This document shows positions 44,927 to 54,100 of a DNA stretch of 64,000 bases, one piece after another (within the stretch, counting starts at the first letter, position 1; every line of letters starts with the position of its first letter). A program made the translations under genes and the position numbers. Under the pieces are notes generated by a model that had not been told where the DNA came from, ran no database searches, and saw only the letters and a program-made list of their open reading frames with translations. The DNA is from Planctomycetota bacterium (GTDB lineage: Bacteria > Planctomycetota > Brocadiia > JAADGH01). The stretch is taken from assembly GCA_040755855.1 (NCBI GenBank), contig JBFMAD010000004.1, forward strand, positions 32,001-96,000, given 5' to 3'.

Positions 44927-46039
44927 TTACTGACCGTGAGATTGGCCTGGCGATGCCAACGCCTCGCGCAGGTCGGTCAGGAGGCGGTTGCCCTGGTCGG
45001 CATTGACCATGCGGATGTAGTGGGCGTGGCTGAGGAGGGAGAGGCGGAGCTGGCCGGCGGTGAGGCCGTCGCGGTTGACGCCCTTGGTGCGCAGGTGATG
45101 GATGACGGCCCGGAGCCATCGGCGGTAGTAACGCGGGACGCCGGGCTGGTCGTTCACGACCACCCCCGTCACGATCTGGCGGCGGCCGCGGCGCATGAGG
45201 CGGACCTTCCTGTCGGCGACGCGGAAGCCTTCTTCCTTAACTACCTTTCGGACGAATGGAATCAGTTTCTTCACTTCCTCGGCCGGGCCTGAGAAGGTCA
45301 TGTCGTCGGCGTATCGAGTGTAGGACACGCCCACCCTCCCCGCCGCGCCCATGAGGCGGCGGTCGAGCTTGCGGCAGACGGCGTTGGCTATGGCCGGCGA
45401 GGTCGGCGCGCCCTGGGGCAGGATGCCGTCGGCGGTGGTCAGCTTCGCAAGGATGAAGGAATGTCTGTTCGAGAACTGGAGCGACCGGAACAGCCCCAGC
45501 ACCCGGCCGAAGTGGATGGAGGGGAAGAAGTCCTCGATGTCCATCCGCAGGACCATCTCCTTCCCAACGTGCTCCGCCGCGCCCGTGGCCAGGGAGCGAT
45601 TCCGCCGGAAGCCGTGGACGCAGTCGGGCAGCTCGACCCAGTTGAGGATGCGATCGAGGATGCGGCGCTGGACGTACTTCAGCGACTGCACCGGCGCGTG
45701 GATGGTGCGTTGCCCGCCGCCGGGCTTGGGGCGGGTGAACGTGGTGTAGAGTCGTTTCGGCGAGAATGACAGCCTGCCAAGCCGACTCGGCTTGAGGCCG
45801 AGGGCCTTGGCCAGGCCCTTCAGCCCGTCGTCGGACTCCACCTCGATGGTCCGGCCCGTCCTGGGGTCGCGGGCCTTGCGTGTGGGCAGCCGTCCATCCT
45901 GGGGCAACATGCAGATGGCCCGGTCGCGCTCGCGTTTCTTGCGCAACGCCTCGATCTGCTGTCGGCGCTTGCCGCGCTTCAGGGCATCCACGGCCTCGGG
46001 AGGCAGAACAAGCCGGATCAGCCAGTCAAGAAATCCCAT
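44927..46039 (-). CDS. Retron-type reverse transcriptase
   Basis: KPGGGQRTIHAP, HGF, GAAEH (NAxxH position), DIEDFFPSI, LPQGAPTSP, YTRYADDMTFS and retron-specific VTG. Confidence 0.93.
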   Translation of the reverse strand: MGFLDWLIRLVLPPEAVDALKRGKRRQQIEALRKKRERDRAICMLPQDGRLPTRKARDPRTGRTIEVESDDGLKGLAKALGLKPSRLGRLSFSPKRLYTTFTRPKPGGGQRTIHAPVQSLKYVQRRILDRILNWVELPDCVHGFRRNRSLATGAAEHVGKEMVLRMDIEDFFPSIHFGRVLGLFRSLQFSNRHSFILAKLTTADGILPQGAPTSPAIANAVCRKLDRRLMGAAGRVGVSYTRYADDMTFSGPAEEVKKLIPFVRKVVKEEGFRVADRKVRLMRRGRRQIVTGVVVNDQPGVPRYYRRWLRAVIHHLRTKGVNRDGLTAGQLRLSLLSHAHYIRMVNADQGNRLLTDLREALASPGQSHGQ

Positions 46040-46062
46040 GACGAACCCTCTCGGAAAACGAG

Positions 46063-46194
46063 AGGCGGCGGGCCGGTTTTACTATGCACCCATTCTGCGT
46101 TCCTGCTGCAAGCAGGAACAAAGGCTTGTTGAAGGCGCAAAGCGCACGCACGGCGAATCGCCGCGCAAATCTAAAACTCTTCGGCCCGCCGCCT
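46063..46194 (-). ncRNA. Retron msr-msd ncRNA
   Basis: 13-bp perfect IRs (46063-46075 and 46182-46194) extended by GTTTTA/TAAAAC. Putative branching G at 46171, two msr hairpins and a 9-bp msd hairpin. Confidence 0.82.
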
Positions 46195-46200
46195 GCCGGA

Positions 46201-46228
46201 AGTATAGCACACGCATAGGACATGTCAA
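46201..46228 (-). promoter_or_regulatory. sigma70 promoter of the retron
   Basis: Minus-strand TTGACA-N16-TATACT with an extended TG. The predicted +1 falls at the first IR arm. Confidence 0.8.
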
Positions 46229-46241
46229 GAGAGATAGCCGC

Positions 46242-47597
46242 TCATCCGGGGGCAAGAACCTGCGGCATCGGATCGTCCATCCATCCGGCGGGGCGTTGGC
46301 CCGTCCCCTGACGACCCAGGTCGCCCAGGTCCGCCCGCGCCCGATCCGCCATCGCCAGCAGGCGCTTCACCACGTCCGGATGACGGGCCGAGACCTCGCT
46401 CGTCTCGCCGATGTCGTTTCGGAGATCGAAGAGCATCGCAGGACTCGCGGTCGTATCCCCACGCAGGTTGACTCGCTTCTTGTCGAGCGGCAGATACAAC
46501 TTCCACTGCCCCGCCCGCACCGCCTGCAACTGGTGCATGAAGTAGTAGAAGAACCCGACCTCGTCATAGGCCGACCGCGCCCCGGCCTCGCCGAAGAGCG
46601 ACGGGCGGATGTCATGCCCGTCAATGGTCCGATCGGCGGGCGGCTCGCCTCCTGCCAACCGGACCAGTGTTGGCAACACATCCATCGTGCTCGTCACCTC
46701 GTCGCAGACAGTCCCGGCGGGGACCCGTCCCGGCCAGCGCACGATGCACGGCATCCGCATCGCACCCTCCGAGGTGTCATACCCCCAGCCCTTCAAGGGC
46801 GTGTTGCTGCCCTGGATCGGGTCGCGGCGGATCGCCCCGTTGTCGGAGGTCCACACCACCAAGGTCCGCTCGTCCAGCCCCAGCCGTTTCAGCGCCGCAA
46901 AAATTTCCCCCGTGGACCAATCCATCTCCTCGATGCTGTCGCCGTACGGGCCGTTGGCTGACTTGCCCTGGAACGCGGGGCTGGCGAACGGGCGCGCCGT
47001 GCTGCCGGGCATGGCGTGGGGAAGATAGACAAAGAACGGACGGTCCTTGTGTTCGGTGATGAACCGGATCGTCTCCTCCGCGTAGCGCTTGGTCAGGTAG
47101 TCGCGGTCCACGGGGGCCTCGATCACGGTCTCCTGGCGCATCAGGGGCAGGGGCGGATAGTTCGGGTTGTGCTTGCTCTGCACCATGTCGTCGCTGTAGG
47201 GGATGCCGAAGTAGTGATCGAAGCCGTGCCGCGTGGGGAGGAATGGGGCCTGATCGCCCAGGTGCCACTTGCCGATGCAGGCGGTGGCGTAGCCCTGGGA
47301 TTGGAGCAGGCGGGCGACGGTGATCTCGCACGGGTTGAGGCCCTTCGAGTCAATGGCCCGGAGGACGGGCGTGCCCGTTCCGCTCACGTGCATGTTCACG
47401 CGGCGCGGGTAGCAGCCGGTCATCAGGCTGGCCCGCGAGGGCGTGCAGACGCCGCTGGTGCTGTAGAAGCTGGTGAACTTCATGCCCTCGGCGGCCATGC
47501 GGTCCACATGCGGCGTGCGGTGCACCGTCGAGCCGAAGCAGCCGAAGTCGCCGTAACCGAGATTGTCGGCGAAGATGACGATGAAGTTGGGTTTCAT
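46242..47597 (-). CDS. Arylsulfatase (Cys-type sulfatase)
   Basis: CTPSRASLMTG, GKWHLG and TSDNG motifs. Confidence 0.93.
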   Translation of the reverse strand: MKPNFIVIFADNLGYGDFGCFGSTVHRTPHVDRMAAEGMKFTSFYSTSGVCTPSRASLMTGCYPRRVNMHVSGTGTPVLRAIDSKGLNPCEITVARLLQSQGYATACIGKWHLGDQAPFLPTRHGFDHYFGIPYSDDMVQSKHNPNYPPLPLMRQETVIEAPVDRDYLTKRYAEETIRFITEHKDRPFFVYLPHAMPGSTARPFASPAFQGKSANGPYGDSIEEMDWSTGEIFAALKRLGLDERTLVVWTSDNGAIRRDPIQGSNTPLKGWGYDTSEGAMRMPCIVRWPGRVPAGTVCDEVTSTMDVLPTLVRLAGGEPPADRTIDGHDIRPSLFGEAGARSAYDEVGFFYYFMHQLQAVRAGQWKLYLPLDKKRVNLRGDTTASPAMLFDLRNDIGETSEVSARHPDVVKRLLAMADRARADLGDLGRQGTGQRPAGWMDDPMPQVLAPG

Positions 47598-47706
47598 CGG
47601 GCCTTTGATTCCTCCTTTGCCTTAGTCGGAATACACTAAGACGATTAACATACCCTGCTCTTTCCGGTGGGCAATCAAAACAAACGTGTTATCGGAATTC
47701 CGACAC

Positions 47707-49476
47707 TCAGTTCGGCTTCCTGAGCACGAACACCGATTCAAAATAAGAATCAAGAGATCGTGGTCGCGCGTTGCTGTTCTTCTTGTCAAGTTGAACGTCC
47801 AGACTATCCTCGATTCCAAACCCGGCTCTTTCCGCGAGTTCTTTGAAAATTTCATCACAACGCACGCGATAGAGAACTTCACGGGTGCTGAATCTGTAGA
47901 ACACGCTTTCCTTGCCTATGACATATATCGCCACCCCACCCGGCAAGAGCACTCGATACGTTTCTTTGAGAGCGTTTTTCAGGTCCCTGTAATACGCTAC
48001 TGTGGGGTCGGCCTTGATCGATCGAAGATCATCCGATTTAAGCCATTCATAGAGCTTCGCAACTTCGGTGGGGAGGTCCCGCAAGGGCTGACAGGTATTT
48101 CTCTTCATCGACCCTACGCTTTGCTTTTCCGCATTCTCGATCTGCTTTGCACTCATCAGCCCCAGTGCAGTGATTGATATGGACTTGCCAATCAGGTAGT
48201 TCTCTCGACCGGAGGACGCCGGCAAATACGGCGGCGATGTCAAAACCACGCTCACACTTTCTGCCGGCAGTGGCATTGCTGTTGCTGTGTCTTGGAGGAC
48301 TCTGAAACTGGGTATCGAAATCCCGTAAGCATTCCTCACAGTTTGGACAACATGAGCGGTGTGTATTAGGCTCCGCAAGTTGGCTTCGACAATCGAAGAT
48401 AGACTCGTCTTGCCTATTTCCAACGCAAAACGGCCGACGCCCGTTCCCATCATGCGGATGTTGAACTTCCGACTTATGGCATCGCTCAGGACTATCTGAA
48501 GTGCCTGTCTCACGGCATTGTTTCTGGCGGTGTTTATCATTGACATCCAAGAGCCGATTTCGTCTTCGTACTGCCTTTGCTCATCTGGCGAACCCCAGCG
48601 CTGAAACTTCCTCTCGATCCATGGCGGAAACGAATACCTTGTTGGCTTGCGTGCCCCGCGAAATAGTGGCATCGCCGCAGTACGAACGTTCCCAACCTCC
48701 TCCTGAAGCACCGATGGAGAAACGGTGAGCATATTGAGTTTGGCCGAAGAAATCGCACAAGACAGACCATCTATGTCGATTCCAATTGAGTCGTAGGCCA
48801 ACAAAGCACCTTCCACCATGGCTGTCCCACTTCCAAGAAAAGGGTCAAGCAAGGTTCTATTCCCGTTCCCTGTCGAGGGAGTAACACCGTCTACTGAAAC
48901 AAGAAGCGATCGGATGAGCCGCGGAAAGAACTTGGCCTTATACTTGTGAAGGCCATGTACATGCGGCGTCGAGGTGCTCCTTTTTTCAATTGCTGTTATA
49001 ATCTCTTTATCGTGCTCGCTTCCGCCATCGCAAAGGTGTCGCGCAATGCGCACGAGGTCGTCTGTTCCCGGATTTCCCCGTCCCATGGCACTCAAAAATT
49101 CGGCGGCCGCCAGCATGGGAATCAAGCAGCAAACACGGCCGTTGGGAGTATCTTTCACGTAACGCCAAGGGGCGGTTGGGACAGAGTCGGACGTACCCTT
49201 CTGCTCGACAAACCAAATTTCCTGAGAGAAATTCAGGCCGCGAATCAAACGAGGCAGGTCACAGCGAAGTCCCCTTCCGATAAAACCATAGGGCGGTCTT
49301 GATCTCACATGCGACATGATTCGATCACGCGGGACGGCTACATACTGAAAAACGTCCTGATCGCTACTGACAGGAATGACCTTTTGGAAAAAACAACGCA
49401 ATTCCCGCTCGGCGAGTTGTGCGTCTCCCGCGAGTTCGACATTGCATCGTAGCTTCAAGTAGAAGGCATCCGTCAC
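47707..49476 (-). CDS. Amino DNA methyltransferase (probably N4-cytosine, alpha order)
   Basis: HGLHKYKAKF, LDPFLGSGT (motif I) preceding TSPPY (motif IV). GC is low. Confidence 0.85.
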   Translation of the reverse strand: MTDAFYLKLRCNVELAGDAQLAERELRCFFQKVIPVSSDQDVFQYVAVPRDRIMSHVRSRPPYGFIGRGLRCDLPRLIRGLNFSQEIWFVEQKGTSDSVPTAPWRYVKDTPNGRVCCLIPMLAAAEFLSAMGRGNPGTDDLVRIARHLCDGGSEHDKEIITAIEKRSTSTPHVHGLHKYKAKFFPRLIRSLLVSVDGVTPSTGNGNRTLLDPFLGSGTAMVEGALLAYDSIGIDIDGLSCAISSAKLNMLTVSPSVLQEEVGNVRTAAMPLFRGARKPTRYSFPPWIERKFQRWGSPDEQRQYEDEIGSWMSMINTARNNAVRQALQIVLSDAISRKFNIRMMGTGVGRFALEIGKTSLSSIVEANLRSLIHTAHVVQTVRNAYGISIPSFRVLQDTATAMPLPAESVSVVLTSPPYLPASSGRENYLIGKSISITALGLMSAKQIENAEKQSVGSMKRNTCQPLRDLPTEVAKLYEWLKSDDLRSIKADPTVAYYRDLKNALKETYRVLLPGGVAIYVIGKESVFYRFSTREVLYRVRCDEIFKELAERAGFGIEDSLDVQLDKKNSNARPRSLDSYFESVFVLRKPN

Positions 49477-49480
49477 TTGC

Positions 49481-50728
49481 TCATCCTAATTCGCCAAATA
49501 CTGATTTGATCCAATCGTCTCGCGCCACCGTGCGCGTGAGTGCAATGATCCCATCAAAGAGATTGTACAACTTTTGATCTCCCGGAAGATCAGAAACCTT
49601 TCGCGCCTTTCCACTGGCGTCGAGCGTCCAAACAATGTCCTTCAGAGATTCAAGGTAATCATCGAAATGCCTCGCCGCATGGATGTTAGAGATAAGGCCT
49701 ACTTTGAAGCGCCACTTGTCGGCCTTTGGTTTCCCTTCAGACCCTATCTTCAGAACTTGGTAGATTCCCTTCTTAATATCATCCGTCCTGTCGATTCCGA
49801 CACTTGTCTTAGAATCGGATACAGATTCGTATCCGTCCCCATTTCTCCTCTCCGGCCATCCAGACGGAACAGGGGAGGGAGTACCGCAGGCATTTGTAAG
49901 CCAGAAGATGCCCTCTCGAGACTTTGGGTGATATGCCCCCAATGCTTCTTGCCAAAACGCAAAATACTCTCTGAAGAACGAATCGTCTTTCTTGAGTAAG
50001 CGAATGAGTCCATCCAGTGCCCACGTGTCGTGTCCCTGGTTCGCCCGCTTTCCGAGCTCAAAGTATCTCTCCTGCCAACCTGCATCATATTTCCCCGGAA
50101 TGAGCATTTCCAATTCCGTGCCAAGAAAATTGGAATTAGACACGGCTGTGTGGTCCTCCAATGCCACTACCTTTCCGTTCACCTCCTTGGTCATCTTTTG
50201 CGCGATCATAGACAAACTGGGAGTCATAAGAGGTGACGCTTTGATCTCGGCAAATAAAACTACGTTCTTATCCCGGTTTACAACCACCGCGTCAACGGGT
50301 TCTCCACCTTTGAGTACCTGCTCCTTTTTCCCCAGACTTGCGAAAATCGCGTTGTAAAATAGGAGCAACAATCGCGAGGTCGCGTTTCCAATTCTTCCTG
50401 ATTGGGGCTTTTGTGAAGGACTAAAGTAGAATTCGTTGTTCAACACATGGCGTGGACAGCAATTCGTGTAATGAAAGAAAAAGCGGGGTGTCTCCCTCGG
50501 ACAGTATAGCCAACCCGCGTGTGACAACGCTGAGTAGTACTGCGCTGCTACGAGCAAGTCAAAAGCCGACGCAAGCAGCTGGCCGACCCCGTTCGGCGAG
50601 ATTTGCTTGTTCTCGTAACACATCTTCACGAGAAGATGCACAAGCTCGCCTTCCAATTCACTCTCTGGATCAACCGACTTAGACTTCTGTATGACGTCCT
50701 CTATCCAGGAATCCAACTGATTAGCCAT
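49481..50728 (-). CDS. Putative type II restriction endonuclease (PD-(D/E)xK)
   Basis: PVD...FAEIKASP motif. It lies 4 bp upstream of the MTase and has low GC. The likely start is MANQLD. Confidence 0.65.
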   Translation of the reverse strand: MANQLDSWIEDVIQKSKSVDPESELEGELVHLLVKMCYENKQISPNGVGQLLASAFDLLVAAQYYSALSHAGWLYCPRETPRFFFHYTNCCPRHVLNNEFYFSPSQKPQSGRIGNATSRLLLLFYNAIFASLGKKEQVLKGGEPVDAVVVNRDKNVVLFAEIKASPLMTPSLSMIAQKMTKEVNGKVVALEDHTAVSNSNFLGTELEMLIPGKYDAGWQERYFELGKRANQGHDTWALDGLIRLLKKDDSFFREYFAFWQEALGAYHPKSREGIFWLTNACGTPSPVPSGWPERRNGDGYESVSDSKTSVGIDRTDDIKKGIYQVLKIGSEGKPKADKWRFKVGLISNIHAARHFDDYLESLKDIVWTLDASGKARKVSDLPGDQKLYNLFDGIIALTRTVARDDWIKSVFGELG

Positions 50729-50919
50729 CTGTTCTCCGGATTGTTGTTTCGGCAGTCTGTAATCAAGAACACAAAGCTCCGGCTGCACCATACTTATCTC
50801 CCCATTCGCCCATGTGCAGCATGTTACGGCTTGGCCCATTCGGGGAGTGAAGGGATACGCCCAACGCCTCACTCCGCGCGGTTACATTATACCCCACGCC
50901 TCCGACAATGCGAAGCAAA

Positions 50920-51040
50920 ATCTCACGCAGAGACGCCAAGACGCAGTCGAAGATAGGGTTATAGATTGCGGGTTATCGGTTATAGGCCGTCGAAAGCCGA
51001 TCCCATAACCTGTAACCCACAACCTATCCCCCCTAACCCA
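50920..51040. repeat. Short tandem/inverted heptamer repeat tract
   Basis: ATAGATT/GCGGGTT/ATCGGTT units followed by complementary CCCATAA/CCTGTAA/CCCACAA units, preceded by ACGCAGAG-ACGCCAAG-ACGCAG. Confidence 0.6.
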
Positions 51041-51135
51041 TCCCTCGGTGAACCGGCATCCGCCGCCGCGGGATTTGTGCTTTACATCCATCGGCATCGC
51101 TCCTTATAGTATCCCCATTGGAGAAATCCCTTGGT

Positions 51136-51162
51136 TCGTTCCAAGGCAGAGCCTTGGAACGA
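51136..51162. repeat. REP-like palindrome
   Basis: TCGTTCCAAGG-CAGAG-CCTTGGAACGA. Confidence 0.7.
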
Positions 51163-51187
51163 GAGTATGGCATAAGGAGATTCGCCC

Positions 51188-54100
51188 ATGAGAATCGCGC
51201 TTTGTCTGATGGCTCTGCCGTGTCTGTTTGCCGCGGTCCGGCTCGTCGCCGAGGAGAAGGTGGGCGAGCGGCCCTACGAGATGGTCTGGGCCAATCGAAC
51301 GGAGGACACCCACCCGCCGCTCGTGGATTTCGAAAACCTCGACGGCTGGAAAGTCGAGCCCAAAGACGCCGTGGCCGCGATCACCCGCACGCGCGAGGAG
51401 CAGCTCTGGGGGCAATACGTCGCCAAGCTGACCTACCGCGGCACGTCGCGCAAGGCGGAGTTCACCGTCCGCCCGCCCAAGCCGATCCCCATCCCCCAGC
51501 CCTTCGACTGCATCAACTTCTGGGTGTATGGCAACAACTGGGCATGGGTCCAGGACGCGGCCACGCCGCGCGTCGGCATCCACATCCTTCTCCAAGCCAA
51601 AGACGGGAAGGAGATGCAGGTCTATCTCGGCTACGTCCGATGGAAGGAGTGGTGGGTGATGCACACGAAGCTCCAGCCGGAGCAGCTCGCTGCGCTCAAG
51701 GACGGGGCTTCCTTTGCGGGCATCCGCATCACCAACTGCTTCAACTCGGACGACCGGGTCCTCTACTTCGACGACTTGGCCTTCTACCAGGAGGTCCTCA
51801 AGCCGCTCACGTTTGTCCCCCGGCCGAAGCGCGGCATTGACCTCTTCCCCGGCCAGGCCCCGGACGTCTATACCGGCGAGGGGCGGCTGCCCTTCCCGAC
51901 CCGCGAGCAAACCATCCTGCCCGACAACCTGACGCAGGACTTCAAGACAGACATCGCGGAGGAAGGAAAGGCCTACGTCTTTCGACACAAGGGGGACGAC
52001 GGCGAGCTGGAGTACCGCTACGAGCCAAAGACCGGGACCCTCGGCGATGTGACGGCGAGGTGGGGTGGGTGGTTCGGGCGGCGATTCCAGCCTATGGCCG
52101 ACGGCGGGGTGTATTTTGCCGACGGGGACAAGGCCGTCCCGCCCGATCGCTTCGACCTCCTGGGCTGCGATCAAATCAACGACGCCGTCGTGGCCCTGTG
52201 GCGCGTCGGCCTCGACCAGCGCACGATGGACGTGACCTACACCCTTCGCCTGTGGCAGAAGTCGCTGGTCATTGATGTCCAATGCTTTGGCGGGCAGGCG
52301 GCCGAGGTCCTTTTCGGTCGAGCCGTGGGCGCGGAGAATCCCCGGCTTGTCCCTGTGCCCTATCTTGTCGGCGAGGAGCATGGCGGGGAGAAGCCCCGCC
52401 CGGCGGTCCTCGTGATGGGTCCGCCGAGCAAGCCGCTCTTCCTCACCGGCCTGGTGGATTACTACCGAACGAACTCGTCGAAGCTGATATTCCTCAACAA
52501 GGTCAAAGACAGCGCGGCCACGTATAACGCCGGATCGCAGTACATCCCCAAGACCGACGGCAAGCGCAACGATTGTTTCGAGCGGCTGTTCCTCACCATC
52601 TCGCCGCGCTTCGAGGAGATCCTGCCGAACATCCCGAACCCGAAGTCGCCGTGGATGCACGTGGCCGGGGAGCGGCTGTGGATCGCCCACGGTGCCAGCG
52701 ACCGTGAACGAGACTACAAGGTGTGGGAGGAGGCAGCCCGTTACGGCATGACCAAGGTCGTCATCACCGACCACGAGACCGGCTGGCGCGACGGCGGCGA
52801 GAGCTTCACCTTCCGCACAAAGACCGCACCGAAAAAAGGCGGCGACGATAGCCAGAAGGACTACTCCAAGAAGCTCCACGCCCTCGGCTACCGATACGGC
52901 ATCTACAACAACTACACCGACTACTCGCCTACCAATGAATACTGGGACGAGGACATGGTCAACCGCCTGCCCAACGGCGACTGGCAGGCGGCCTGGGCGC
53001 GGTGCTACGCCCCCAAGCCGACCCGCGCCGTGGAGTATGAGGCGAAGCTCACTCCGACCATCCAGGACAAGTTCAAACTCAGCACGGCCTATTGCGATGT
53101 GCACACTGCCGTCACCCCGTGGAACCGCGTGGACTACGACGCCCGCACACCCGGGGCCGGGACCATGATCGCGCAGTTCTACCCCTACGGCGAGATCATG
53201 CTCCACCAGAAGCGCGTCTGGAACGGGCCGGTCTACAGCGAGGGCCGAAACCACTACTACTACTGCGGCCTGACCGACGGCAACTATGCCCAGGACCCCG
53301 CCTACGATCCCGCGAAGAATCCCTGGCTCGTGGATTTCGATCTCTTGAAAATGCACCCGCTTTGCTGCAACTTCGGCATGGGCAACATCGGAATGTTCTA
53401 TGGCAGAGAGGAAGGTCTGGGTGGAAGTCCCGAGGAGCAGGAGCATCGGCTCGACCGCTTCCTCGCGGCGACCATCGCCTTCGGCCACACGGGGTTCTTT
53501 GTGCGAGAGGGCGGCTGGCGGAACGCCGCGCGGAGTTACTACCTCCTCCAGCAGCTTCACAAAAACTATGCCGAGGAAGCGGCGACAGACATCCGATACG
53601 CAGATGCGAAAGGCGACCTGCTCGAAACGAGCGCCGCCGTGGCGACCGACGCATACAAGCGGTCGCAGGTCGTCACAAAGTACTCGAACGGCCTGATGGT
53701 CTGGGTGAACGGCAACGAAACGGAGACTTGGCAGACGCCGAACGCCCTGCTGCCCCCGAACGGGTTCTATGCCAAGAGCGGCGACGGGAAGCTGATGGTC
53801 TTCAGCGCCCTCAAGGACGGCCGCCGGGCCGACTACTGCGAGTCGCCAGCCTATACCTATGTCGACGGTCGGGGTACATTTGCCCGCTTCACAACCGCTG
53901 TAAGCGACCAGGCCATGATCGCCCTGAAACGCAGCGATGGAAAGGTGGAGGTTATCCCGGTCGGCAACCCGACGACCTGCGGAGTTTCGCTCAATGGGAA
54001 AGCCGCCACAGCCGTTGCGCTGGACAAGGAGCGCAAGGAGCTCGGCCCGGTCGAGACGCGCCTGAGCCGCGGGCTGGTGTATGCGACCCCGAAGGAGGGG

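Noticed and set aside
39377..46039. Diversity-generating retroelement or group II intron
   Set aside because: The RT has retron motifs and lacks maturase or DGR features. The GNAT paralogs differ by ordinary synonymous and non-synonymous changes, not adenine-specific TR/VR mismatches.
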